The translations under genes and the position numbers were made by a program. A DNA stretch of 64,000 bases from NCBI GenBank assembly GCA_047967505.1, contig CM106538.1; one strand, given 5' to 3'. How positions within the stretch are numbered: the stretch's first letter is position 1; each line of letters opens with the position of its first letter. Below the pieces are notes generated by a model. That model was not told the origin of the DNA, did not search any database, and was given only the letters and a program-made list of their open reading frames with translations. Positions 24,101 through 37,401 of the stretch are shown piece by piece. The stretch comes from Dipteris shenzhenensis (taxonomy: Eukaryota).

Positions 24101-27100
24101 TTCCAGCGCGGTGGTTGCAGATATGGACCTTGAGGGGTCCCCTTTAGAGATTGACATGCCATGGTGGTCTTCATGCCAACGTGGTGATCTCTCCATGCCA
24201 ACATCATTGCTTGAACCAGCACGGTGGTCAACAAACATGGAAAGGCATAGGCTATGTAATGTAGTCAGGCAAGAGGTAGAGCAACAATCTCTGTGCTCAT
24301 GAGTAAATGCATATAGTGCCATGTGTCGAGCTCTGCGCTATGGACCGTTTGAGATTGACATGCCATGGTGGTCTTCATGCTAGTGTGGCGGTCTCTCCAT
24401 GCTGACATCATTGCTTGAACCAGCATGGTGGTCAGTAAACATGGCAAGGCAAAGGCTGTGTGATGTAGTCAAAAGCCAAAGGCAGAGCAACACTCTCTAT
24501 GCTCATGTGTTGAGCTCTATGCTATTGACCATTAGAATCGTGATTGGGTCATTTCAAACAACAGTTAATGCTAGAGGAGATAGGCACTAGCTACGAAGTG
24601 CATTTTTGTTGGTTTAGGGGAGCTATTTAGTTTTAAACCAAGGAAAATAGTGTTATTTTGGAGATATTTTAGTTGTATTACTCCATCTGCAACAATTTCT
24701 CAACCACCGCACATGTTCTTGAAGCTATTTTAGTTCCAACCTAAGGAAAATGTAGACATTTGCAATTTAGTATAGTTTCCTTGCAACCACCACGTTGGTT
24801 ATTAGAGTTATTATAGTTCCAAATCACCATGCTGGTTATTGGAACCATTTTCACTACAATAACAATAGTTTTTTCAACAATTTCTTGTGCAACGATCCCT
24901 ATGGTTGCAGTAAAATGTAAACGAGGGCAAAAATATGTCATTTGTTCTTCTATTGAAACAAAAGAAATTGCACCCGATAGTTTTTGTGATAATGGTATAA
25001 CATTGAAATTGAAACAAAATAAATTACATTCGAACCAAACATTTAACAAAATAGATTACATACAAAGATGCTAGAACTTTGTGTTTGTGACACTTCTTTA
25101 CACAATTTTCGCACTTGTCAACACCACCACTCTGGCAGGACTAGGCATCACTTTTTGCTCTTTTTAGCACTTTCTTACACTTTGGACCTTTGGCCTTGTA
25201 TGCAGGGGACAATGCAAGCACCTTGTAGTGCTATCGTTAGGTCAGACTTTCTTTCAATTTTGAGCCGGAACTCCTCATATGTAGAGGACAATACAAGCAC
25301 CTCGTAATTGAAATAACCTTTTTCATAGCAACTTCTTTCAAGGCACTGGGAGAGGGAATTCATCTTGGAGGTGAGCTCAATTGAGCACAACATTCAATAG
25401 CAGACATGCAACTCAATATGGTAGTGAGCTCTAGCACACTGATGCATGCTCTCAGTGTGTTAGAACTAATCACCAACTTGAGTTCCTTCCCCACTGCTAA
25501 AGGTTGTGTGCGATTACGAGAGGCTCATCTCCAAGTTGAGTTCTCTCCCAGTGCCTGACGGAACAACGACGGCCCATTTCCCTTGGCTCCCCATCTTGCA
25601 ACATGGTTGGGCATGAGGTTTTTCTTTCAAGTCTTTCAAGGAATTGCTTTCTTCATTGCAACTTCTTTCAAGGCACTAGAAGAGGGAACTCAACTTGGCG
25701 GTGAGCTCAATCGAGCACAACATTCGACTATGGATAGGGAACTCAATCTGGTGGTGAGCTCCAGCACACTGATGCCTGCTCTCACTGTGTTACAGCTTCT
25801 CACCAAGTTGAGTTATCCTTCCCTAGTGTCGAAGGTTGTGCTCAATTATGAGAGTGTCATCATGCTCCCCATCCTGCAACTCCCTTGGTCATGGCTATGG
25901 CTGGTGGAGTGTTGCAGGATGGAGAACCATGGCAAATAATGGATCCCATGACTTGGGCAACATTATGAAGGCGCATCGAGGTTGCAGCAAAGATTCATCA
26001 TAGGGGTAGAAGGGGGCTTGGAGAGAGCATCGAAGAGGGTACAAGAGAAATTTTTCATGGGTGCGGTGAATTGTTTCTCTACCCTTAAGGCCTTTATATA
26101 GCTAGACTTGCCATCCTCCCACTCTTTTTCCCCTTCACTTCTTGTGTTAGTTGTGCGACTGTGGGTGGTTATCGCTACTATGAGCACACAATCCACCCCC
26201 TGGATTTTGCTTAGCCTAGCCTAGTCATCTACATCATCGTCTAGCCATGACGTGCGATTAGATCGTTGCCATGCTAAAATTTCTTGGTCATCGGAGCCAA
26301 GATCATGATAATTCAATAGGATGAGGGGGGAGGAGTGGTGGCACATGCACCCAGCTTGCTAGTAGCCTAGCCTATCCTAGGAGATCATTTACATCATCAT
26401 CTAGCCATGACGAGCAATTACATGGTTGCTATGGGAGATTTTCTCGATCATCAGAGAGCCAAGATCATAATAATTCAATAAGATAAGGGGGGAAGAGCGG
26501 TGGCACACAGACCCAACATTGCAGGTAGCCCAGCCTAGTGTAGGCTATCATATACATCATCGTCTAGCCACCATGACATGCGATTAGATGGTTGCTCATG
26601 ACGTGCGATTAGATGGTTTCTCAGTCATCAAAAAATTCAAACAGTCTAATATGTTCTTACAGTCTCTCTCGAGCTTAATGCTAATCTGGGCATGTGAATT
26701 AGATGGTCCCTCATGAAAAGTCATTGTTATTTTAGTCTGACTCAACTTAATGCTAATCCGAGCCTGTGAACTAGATGGCCCCTCATGCAAAGTCATTGTT
26801 ATTATAGTCAACTAAAGAAAGGCAAGATCAAAGCAAGATCAAAGCAGGACATCAGATTAGCATTGAGTCGGTTCATCAGGCTGTAATAACAATAGTTTCG
26901 ATTCTAAACTATTGTTATTATAGCCTGATAAACCAATTGAATGCTAATCTAAGCTTGTGAACTAGATGCAAAGTCATCGTTATTACAGTCTGATTCCAGC
27001 TCAATGCTCATCTAAGCCTGTGAATTAGATGGTTCCTCATGCACAATCATTGTTATTACAATCTGATTCCGATTGAATGCTAATCTAAACCTATGAATTA

Positions 27101-30100
27101 GATGATCCCTCATGCACAGTCATTGTCACTAAAACAAGCTGGCTATTTGGGATTAGTATACTGTTTGGGATTTACATTTTCCCTTGTTTGGGATTTATTG
27201 ATTGGGATTTATTAAAACAAGCGCGGTGGTTATTTGGGATTTACTAAAGGATTCCAGCTCGGTGGTTGTGGATATGGACCTTGAGGGGTCCCCTTTAGAG
27301 ATCGACATGCCATGGTGGTCTTCATGCCAACGTGGTGGTCTCTCCATGCCAACATCATTGCTTGAACCAGCACGGTGGTCAACAAACATGGCAAGGCATA
27401 GGCTGTGTGATGTAGTCAGGCAAGAGGTAGAGAACAGTCTTTGTGCTCATGAGTAAATGCATATAGTGCCATGTGTCGAGCACTACGCGATTGACCATTT
27501 GAGATTGACATGCCACGGTGGTCTTTATGCCAATGTGGTGGTCTCTCCATGTCGACATCATTGCTTGAACCAGCATGGTGGTTAGCAAACATGGCAAGGC
27601 AAAGGTTGTGTGATGTAGTCAAGCCACAGAGCAACACTCTCTGTGCTCATGTGTCGAGCTCTACGCTATTGACCATTAGAATCATGATTGGGTCAATTCA
27701 AACACCAGTTAATGCTAGAGGAGGTAGGCACTGGCTACAAATTGGTTTAGGGGAGATATTTTAGTTCTAAACCAAGGAAAATAGTGTTATTTTCGAGATA
27801 TTTTAGTTGTATTACTCCATCTGCAACAATTTCTCAACCACCGCACATGTTCTTGGAGCTATTTTAGTTCCAAGCTAAGGAAAATGTAGACATTTGCAAT
27901 TTAGTATAGCTTCCTTGCAACCACCATGCTAGTTATTAGAGTTATTATAGTTCTAAACCACCATGCTAGTTATTGGAACTATTTTCACTACAATAACAAT
28001 AGTTTTTTCAACAATTTCTTGTGCAACGATCCCTATGGTTGCAGTAAAATGTAAACGAGGGCAAAAATCTATCATTTGTTCTTCTTTAGAGCCACTTTCA
28101 CTACCAAAGTAACAGCAACAATAGTTTTGGTGATAATGGTACTACATTGAAATTGAAACAAAAGAAATTGCATCCGATAGTTTTTGCGATAATAGTATAA
28201 CATTAAAATTGAAACAAAATAAATTACATCCGAAGCAAACATTTAACAAAATAGATTACATACAAAGATGCTAGAACTTTGTCTTTGTGACACTTCTTTA
28301 CACAATTTTAGCACTTGTCAACACCACCACTCTGGTAGGACTGGGTGTCACTTTTTGCCCTTTTTAGCACTTTCTTACACTTTGGACCTGGTGCCTTGTA
28401 TGCAGGGGACAATGCAAGCACCTTGTAGAGCTATCATTAGGTTGGACTTTCTTTCAATTTTGATTTGGAACTCCTCATATGCAGAGGACAATACAAGCAC
28501 CTCGTAATTGAAATAACCTTTTTCATAGCAACTTCTTTCAAGGCATTGGGAGAGGGAACTCCTCTTGGAGGTAAGCTCAATTGAGCACAACATTCAACAG
28601 TGGACACGGAACTCAATATGGTAGTGATCTCCAGCACACTGACGCATGCTCTCAGTGTGTTAGAACTGATCACCAAGTTGAGTTCCTTCCTCACTGCTGA
28701 AAGTTGTGTGCAATTACAAGAGGCTCATATTTAAGGTGAGTTCTCTCCCAGTGCCTGATGGAACAACGATGGCCCATTTCCCTTGTCTCCCTATTCTGCA
28801 ACATGGTTGGGCATGAGGCTTTTCTTTCGAGTCTTTCAAGGAATTGCTTTCTTCATTGCAACTTCTTTCAAGGCACTAGAAGAGGGAATTCAACTTGGCA
28901 GTGAGCTCAATCAAGCACAACATTCGACTGTGGATAGGGAACTCAATCTGATGGTGAGCTCCAGCACACTGACGCCTGCTCTCACTGTGTTACAGCTTAT
29001 CTCCAAGTTGAGTTCTCCTTCCCTAGTGTCAAAGGTTGTGCTCAATTATGAGAGTGTCATGATGCTCCCCATCCTACAACTCCCTTGGTCATGGCTATGG
29101 CTAGTGGAGTGTTGCAGGATGGAGAGCCAAGGCAAACAATGGATCCCATGACTTGGGCAGCATTATGAAGGGGCATCAAGGTTGCAATAAAGATTCATCA
29201 TAGGGGTGGAAGGAGGCTTGGAAAGAGTGTGGAAGGGGGTACGAGTGAAATTTTCACAGGCGCGGTGAATTGTTTCTCTACCCTTAAGACCTTTATATAG
29301 CTAGACTTGCTGCCCTCCAACTCTTTTTCCCTTCATTTCTTGTGTCAGTTGTGCAACTCTGGGTGCCTATCACTGCTAAGAGCACACAATCCACCCGTTG
29401 GATTTTGTTGGTAGCCCAGCCTAGCGTAGGCAGTCATCTACATCATCATCTAGCCATGATGTGCGATTAGACGGTTGCCATGCTAGAATTTCTTGGTCAT
29501 TGGAGCTAAGATCATGATAATTCAATAGGATGAGGGGGGAGGAGCGGTGGCACATGCACCCAGCTTGCTAGTAGCCTAGGCAGTCATTTACATCATCGTC
29601 TAGCCATGCAAAGCGATTAGATGGTTGCCATGGGAGAATTTCTCGGTCATCGGAGCCAAGATCATAATAATTGAATTGGGTGATGGGGGAGGACATACAC
29701 CCAGCCCAGCCTAGAGTAGACAATCATATACATCATCGTCTAGCCATGAGGTGGTAATTCTAACAATCTGATATGTCCTTACAGTCTATCTCCAGCTTAA
29801 TGCTAGTTCTCATTCTGATATGTCCTTACAGTCTATCTCCAGCTTAATGCTAGTTCTCATTCTAAACTATTGTTATTACAGCCTGATAAACCGGCTAAAT
29901 GCTAATCTAAGATGGTGAACCAGATGCAAAGTCATTGTTACTATAGTCTGATTCCAGCTCAATGCTAATCTGAGCCTGTGAATTAGATGGTCCCTCATGC
30001 ACAATCATTGTTATAACAGTCTGATTCCGACTGAAATGCTAATTTGAACCTATGAATTAGATGGTTCCTCATGCACAGTCATTGTCAACTAAAATAAGCT

Positions 30101-30237
30101 CAGTGGTTGTTTGGGATTAGTATATTGTTTGGGATTTACATTTTCCCTTGTTTGGGATTTACATTTTCCCTTGTTTGGGATTTATTGATTAGGATTTACT
30201 GAAACAAGTGCAGTGGTTATTTGGAATTTACTAAAGG
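21102..30237. repeat. Head-to-tail tandem array of three ~3-kb units plus the start of a fourth
   Basis: The start motif tgtttgggatttattgattgggatttattgaaacaagc recurs at ~21102, ~24033, ~27184 and ~30171. Units are colinear and highly similar. Unit 1 lacks most of the second ~210-bp subrepeat, and unit 2 has a small deletion near 24950. Confidence 0.95.
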
Positions 30238-30339
30238 TTATATTTTGTGGGGGTTGCAATTAATCCTAAACTAACAAAAATGCATTTTGTTGCCAGTGCC
30301 TACCTCCTCTAGCCAATGCCTACCTCCTCTAGCCTTAAC

Positions 30340-30910
30340 TGGTGTTTAAGCTGACTCAATCATGATTGCATGATGTTCCAACAACTGAGCTAGTTTAGGG
30401 CAATCACATTAAGTCCAAGCCAGCCTGGTTCTAATGTTTGAGTTGAGCTAGCCACAGGGTTGCATGATATTCCAACCACCAGGTTGGTTTAGGACAACCA
30501 CATAATTGGTGTTTGAGCTCACCCAACCATGATTGCATGATGTTCCAACCATCGAGCTGGTTTAAGACAATCACATTAAGTCCAAGCCAGACATAACTAG
30601 TGTTTGAGCTTACCCAACCACAATTGCTGAGTTGGTTTAAGACAATCACATTAAGTCCAAGCCAGACTGGTTCTAGTGTTTGGGCCGAACCAGCCATGCG
30701 GTTGCATGATATTCCAACCATCGGGCTGGTTTAGGAAAATCACATTAAGTCCAAGCCAACCTAGTAAACTATCCTAAAGCTCAATCACAAACAACCATCG
30801 GGCTGGTTTAGGCAACCACTGACATGCGTTGTATCAAGAAATGAAACAAGTAAACTATTCCAAAGCTCAATCACAAACAACGACCAGAATGGTTTAGAAA
30901 ACCACTAACC
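30340..30910. repeat. Degenerate minisatellite flanking the 3-kb array
   Basis: caatcacattaagtccaagcca recurs at ~30401, 30568, 30643 and 30738; ttgcatgat(g/a)ttccaac recurs at ~30366, 30460, 30533 and 30702. Confidence 0.75.
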
Positions 30911-33100
30911 TATGTTGTATCAAGCATGTTATGATGTGCTCGTCATCAAACATCTTGCATCCTGTCTGCTTTCTACAAATGTCCTTGTTATTTGGGAAAA
31001 CTCTCGAGAGATGCACGAAGAGTGGAAGCAATGCCTGATCATCTTGATCCGAGAAGTCTATGGGCTTTAACAGAACACAAGAAAAGGAGAGACAGCCTAA
31101 GTACATAAGTCATTACAATAGTGGTGATGTTTTGGCACGAAAATACAACGTGTTGGTAGGATTGTCACTCTATGAGCTTCCCCCCTCCGATGATACATGT
31201 CAGTAGAATTGGATATCCCAAACCAGTGCAATGTGGCCTAAAATGCTTCAAAACACAAATAGGCCAAAGGGCACACTATCAAGTTTGATGATGTGTATTA
31301 TTAAATGCAATGATCTTTGGCATGCTTATGACAAGCAAGTGCATGGAAAAAGAAACAATTCAAAATTGTAAATAGTGTTGGATTTATTAAAATATATTTC
31401 CACATGCACAAATTGCACTTTGCCAACTTCTTTCATTTTAGGATGAATTTAGATACCAATACCAAAAAATATCAATGTTTCAAGACCAGCATGCAGTAGT
31501 CCCACTAGTTTGGATTCCAAATTTTTAATCCGTTTAAGAAATCAGAAAAAAGTTATGGAGTGTGCCCTCAAATGGGTGCATCACTTTAGCACAGCATTAG
31601 AGGCCCTTTAACCCATGCCTAATGTTCTCATTTAGGTGTGTCCTTGGGTTGAGGAGAAGCTCATATACTGTACTTTTGAATGATTACTTGGTTGCATGTA
31701 TGTATAGAACAAAATTTTGATGATTTTGAATAAATTGCTATATCCTATAATCTTCAGGATGCATGCAACATAGCACTTGTAATGCTTTAATGGTCTTGTT
31801 CCATATCCTTATTCCATAAATTTTTGCTCTCATGTTCAAGTTTGGAATGTGCACTACAACTTGAAGACAAAGTTTACCAAAATCCATTGAGCAATGCATA
31901 AGTTATGGGTCATGCAAGATACCTATATACAAAAAAGTCCGTGAACCTCACCAAAAATGGCTACACCCAAGCAAACAATCACCCTAGAACCCTACCTTAG
32001 ACTTCTCAACACCCTTGCCTCCTTGATCTTGAAGAAGAGTAGGTCTCCATTTCTCAAACCTACAACTCTTTCTCAACCTTAAACCTCTAGGTAGATTTTT
32101 TAATCCTAATCCCCTACAACCCTTTTCTAGACCCTTCAACCTCTATGGAGGTGAGAATATCCATCAAACCTCATGAGTAACACTTCTTCTCCACTGCTCT
32201 CATACAAGAACCATTTTCCATCCTTGAGCCTACATCCTCACTCGAATATGAGCTAGGGCTATGCTTCACTTGTGATGACTGATGCTGGTTTGTGAAAGCC
32301 TTAAGGGAGAAGACCATATTTAAGGTTGAGCATGGATGAATTGGAAGGAGTTGCAACTCAAACTCTTTAATGTGCCACATTCTTGGCAGCTTCATCTAGG
32401 TGTTGGCATATGTGTCTAAGTGCTTTTTTGCCAACTAGTATGTCTCTTAGTGTATACATGCCTCCTAATAAAATCTCTTGATTCCTCTTTTGGCCTGAAT
32501 TGCCTATGTACATTATTACAATGTTGGCACTTGCTTTTGAATTGCTATGCTTTGAACTAAGTTCTCAAATCCTTCACTAAGTCCCTTAAGGATGACTTGT
32601 ACTATTTCTTCAAATTCCATAGTCTATTTTATGGTTGCAAGTTTTTTATTAATGTCTTTGATGTCTTGGACTCTCAATGCATAGGTATGTCTAGTTTCGT
32701 GGCTTTGTCAAAAGCATTTTTATAAACTTGGAGGAGCTAAAAATTGGAACATGAATTCAATTAATATATTCAAGAAGAAACCTTGATATAGAGGATATGA
32801 ATTTGAGAAGGAATAGAAGGAGCACATTAACTGTGTGTTCAATTTGATATCGATGTAGTAAAGTTTCCTTAAGAACTACCAAACTTGGATGGTTGGTAAA
32901 ATTGACCAAGTGTTCAATTTGATGGAGTACTTTGACCACACATTTGATTTGAAGATACTTAACAATAAAATTTGAGCATTGAACCTCGAGGAAAAAGAGA
33001 TATCCTCTGTACTGATACCTTCTCTTCTAGGTGTTAATCAATTGTTCATCTTCTCTTAAAATGGTTTCCTCTTCCACCCCTTAACCTTGGGATATCAAAC

Positions 33101-33136
33101 TGAGAGTGCTCTCAACGGAAGCAAGAACAGAAGAAG

Positions 33137-33167
<31 letters not shown>

Positions 33168-33282
33168 CCACACAAGTTTGGTGGGTGCAGAACCACCCTA
33201 ATCTTCTTTTTCATTCATTTATATATGTGTTTGAGTATTGTACATAACTGGGGTTAAGGCACAGTGACCTTTAACCCCCACA
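33101..33282 (-). repeat. 3' LTR of the young copia element (182 bp, contains a (GA)n tract)
   Basis: Direct repeat of 38841-39022; the only difference seen is G33155 vs C38895. Confidence 0.95.
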
Positions 33283-33335
33283 ACCTCCCACTTAAAGGAC
33301 AATGTGCCTTTAAGAGAGAACAACTAGTGAGCATA

Positions 33336-36300
33336 CTATCCAATGCCCATCAATACACGACAATACTCAAACCGCTGACTCGGTAGACTCTTCGTCAGCA
33401 TATCTGCAGGGTTATCATCTGTATGAACCTTGACAAGCTCTATGCGCTTGTCCTCAAGTACCTCCCTGATGAAATGGTACCTGACCTCAATGTGTTTGGT
33501 CTTTGCATGAAAGACCGGATTCCGTGCTAGCTGAATAGCACTCATGGAATCACTATGCAATGTCGGTACACCTGTATGAATCCCCAAATCTCCCACTAGC
33601 CGATCAAGCCATATAGCCTCCTTGCAACCCTCTGTGGCTGCAACATACTCAGCCTCTGTGGTAGACAAAGCAATGCACTTCTGTGCACGAGACATCCACG
33701 ACACTGCACCACCTGCAAAGGTGAACACATAACCAGAAGTGGATCTCCTATTATCCACATGCCCTGCATAGTCTGAATCTGTGTACCCAAGTACACGCAT
33801 GTCTCCTTTACCAAAGCAAATGCACATCTCCTTGGTACCCTTCATGTACCTCATGATGCACTTAACTGCCTCCCAATGCCTCTTTCCTGGATTAGCCATA
33901 TACCGGCTAACAACTCCCACTGCAAATGCAATGTCTGGTCTAGTAGCTATCATAGCATACATAAGACTCCCAACTGCTGATGCATAAGGAACCTTGGCCA
34001 TCATGGCCCTCTCCTCATCTGATTTGGGACTATCTGTATGACTCAGTTTCACATATGGAGGCAATGGAGTACTCACTGCCTTCCCCCCCTCCATATTGAA
34101 ACGCTGCAATACTTTTGTAACATACTCTTTTTGTTGAAAGCCAAAGGAGTTTCCTACTCCGATCACGCGTGATGCGCATACCAAGAATATGACCTGCAAG
34201 TCCCAAATCCTTCATATCAAAGGCCTCATGCAACTTGGCCTTTAATGCATCTAGCTCATAAGTATTCTTGCTAGCCAATAGCATATCATCCACATATAGT
34301 GCCAGGATTATTAGGCTATTATCCTTAGCCCTTTTAGTGTAGAGGCAGTGATCAATTTCACTCCTTCTGAAACCCTGGGACCTAATGAAAGCATCAAACA
34401 TCTGATACCATTCTCTAGGCGCTTGCTTAAGACCATAGAGACTCTTCTTCAGCTTGCAAACTAAATGCTCTTTGCCCTTTTCTTCAAAGCCTTCCGGCTG
34501 CACCATGTAGATGTCCTCATGCAAATCCCCATGCAAGAAAGCTGTCTTGACATCCATTTGCATAAGCTCCATATCCTCTACTGCCACTAGTCCAAGCATG
34601 CATCTAAGTGTGATCATCTTCACAACCGGAGAGAATATCTCATCAAAGTCCACACCCTTCTCTTGCTTGAACCCTTTAGCAACCAAACGGGCCTTGTACC
34701 TAGGCACATCATCACCTGTGACCTTCATTTTGTAGACCCATTTACATGGCAATGCTTTCTTTCCATGTGGCAAAGAAACCAAGTCCCAAGTCTTATTCTT
34801 CATAAGTGAACTCATCTCTGATTGCATAGCATACTCCCACTTGCGTTGATCCTCACGCATCATAGCCTCTCTGTAGCAAGAAGGCTCCCCGCAATCAGTA
34901 AGCATCACATAGTCTACCCGTGGAACAAACCGATCAGGCGGTCTAGACACTCTAGATGATCTTCTCAATGGCATTTCAGCTTGCTGTCCCACTTGCATAT
35001 CAGCCACATTTGGCTCATCATTTCCACCAATAGATGATCCATCATCTACCCTTGATTGTATACCTGTGGGAGTACTTGGTTGTACCATTTCTTGCACATT
35101 TGGTGCATGGACAGCTTGCTGCCTATCAACATATGCAGGTGGATTCACATCCTGGAAAGTGATTCTCCTCATTTCCACATCCCTCATGGGTGCCTTATGC
35201 ATCTTCTTCTCATTGAAGACCACATCATGGCTGTATATGATCTTCTTTGCTTCTGGATCCCAGAGACGATAGCCCATCTCTCCACTTTCACCATAACCCA
35301 GAAAGATGCATTTCCTAGACTTAGGATCTAGCTTCTTTCGAAGCTCTTTTGGCACATGTGCATATGCCTCACACCCAAATATACGCAAATGAGAGTAAGA
35401 GGGCTTCTTGCCACTCCACGCCTCTTCAGGAATACCACCATCCAAACTCTTACTAGGTGATCTATTGATCACATGCACTGCAGTCTTCATTGCCTCGGCC
35501 CAAAAACCACTAGAAAGACTTGCATTGGAAAGCATGCATTGCAACCTTTCTTGAATGGTACGGTTCATCTTTTCTGCAACTGGATTTTGCTCTGGAGTAC
35601 GAGGGGATGTGAGCTCCCTCTTAATCCCACGTGTATCACAGAAATGCTGAAAGTCATGAGAGAGATACTCTCCACCATTGTCAGTCCGTAGGCATTTAAG
35701 CGTTCTACCTGACTGATTCTCAACCAAGGCCAGCCATTTCTGAAATACCTGGAACACATCACTCTTCCGAGCTATAGCATAAGCCCACACTTTCCTAGTT
35801 GCATCATCAATGAATGTCACATAGTATTCAGCCCCGCCTAATGACCGTGTAGGCATGGGACCGCATACGTCTGAATGCACCAAATCAAGCATTTCAAACT
35901 CTTTCTTTCCCCTTCTTTTATGGGCTGATTTAGTCTGCTTCCCATAGAGACAATACTCACAAAATTTAAAATCAGAGAAACTCAAATGCGGTACATAACC
36001 CAAACGGCATAAGAGTTTCATTCCATTCTGGCTCATGTGCCCCAACCTGCAATGCCACAAAGAATTGCTTGGCTGCTCGGTTATTGCAACAACATGATCA
36101 AATACCCCTGATACATGTAAGGGATACAAAGTCCCACACTTGGCACCCCTGGCCAAAAGCATAGAGCCCTTTTGAATTTTCCAAATTTGAAAGCCAAAAG
36201 TGGTGTGAAAACCAGCATCATCTAGCTGACCCACTGAAATAAGACTCTTGGTCAGCTTAGGCACATGTCTCACATGTTTCAAAACAAATGCAGACCCATT

Positions 36301-37401
36301 TGCAAAAGAAAACTTTATGTCACCTGCTCCCACTATGTCACATGCATAGTCATTTCCAAGATGCACACAACCTGTCTTTCCACTGTCATAAGTGGAGAAC
36401 CATTCCCTATGGGGAGTAACATGGAATGAAGCACCAGAATCCAAAATCCAATCCTGGGAATATGCATCATCTGAAGTGGTAAGCAACTCTGCAGATAACG
36501 TAGACATGAAGAGAACATCATTGTCACTATCATGTGTGACTGCATTGATCTCCTCGATCTTCACTTTTTCTTTGTCCTCCCTTGGACTCTCTTCCTTTTG
36601 ATTTGCACCCCAATTTGCATTCTTTTTCTTATTCTTTTGCTCTCTTTTCAGCTTGTAGCAATCCTTTTTCATATGGCCCTTCTTGCCACAATGGTAACAC
36701 TCAATGTTCCGTGCCCTGGATTTGCTACGAGACTTCCCTCTTTCTTGGGACTTCCCCCTGAACTGTGATCTGCCCCTTTGCACATTTAAGGCTGCATCCT
36801 GCTTGTTGCCATCCATAGACTTCCGTCTAATCTCCTCGGCCAACAAGCTACCCACAACATCATCAAATTTCAGTACTCCACCAGGTGCAGAGTTACTGAC
36901 AGCTGTACGGAAGGTATCCCATGAGGATGGCAATGAACATAAGAGAAATATTGCCTTAGTCTCCGCATCAAAATTCATTTTCTGAGCCTGAAGCTGGCTG
37001 AAAATAATATTGAATTCATTCAAATGAGAAGCAATGGAGACCCCTTCCTTCATCTGCAGCTCAAACAACCTCTTCATGAGGTAAACTTTATTAGAGGCAG
37101 TTTCCTTCTCATAAGTGGCACACAGTTTCTTCCACAAATCTTCCGTAGTCTGCTCATTTACTACTGTGAAATAAACTGACTCTGCAAGATGAAGTCTAAT
37201 AGTAGACTTTGCTAATGCATCCAACTCATTCCAATCATCCTCAAACACATTTGCAGGCTTAGCTTCAATCCCTGCCAAGGGTTTAATCTGCTTCTTTTGA
37301 ATAAGCACATCCCTTATCTGTTCTTTCCACAAAGAAAAGTTTGTCCCATCAAACTTTTTAATGCTGAAAAACTCCTTTTCAGGCATGGAAGAGGATGCCA
37401 T
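33336..37401 (-). CDS. Copia gag-pol polyprotein interrupted by a single +1 frameshift near 34137
   Basis: ORF 34030-37425 has gag (KFDGTNFSLWK), CCHC knuckle (CYHCGKKGHMKKDC), protease (WILDSGAS), integrase (WHCRLGHMS, DLVHSDVCGP, LRTDNGGEY) and RT (QMDVKTAFLHG, LYVDDML). ORF 33336-34199 continues with RT end and RNase H (TRPDIAFAV, GYTDSDYAG, EAEYVA, HAKTKHIEVRYHF). Confidence 0.93.

Noticed and set aside
25338-25365. Resemblance of array hairpin arms (...GGGAACTC / GAGTTC...) to a miR395 cluster
   Set aside because: Only the last ~8 nt match miR395 (CUGAAGUGUUUGGGGGAACUC); the 5' part does not.
21113-29151. Recurrent 79-122 aa ORFs in each array unit (MGFIETSAVV..., MLELCLCDT..., ...LPWSWLWLVECC) as a gene family
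   Set aside because: No recognisable domains, several lack ATG starts, and frames differ between copies. Their recurrence is explained by recent DNA duplication.
31100-33095. Possible DNA-transposon remnant flanking the young copia (continuing at 39028-39700)
   Set aside because: Looks repeat-derived, but I could not identify TIRs, a TSD or a transposase motif.
34120-34150. Programmed ribosomal frameshift in the copia pol
   Set aside because: It lies within RT rather than at the gag/pol boundary, and plant copia elements normally have one ORF. A 1-nt insertion or sequencing error is simpler.
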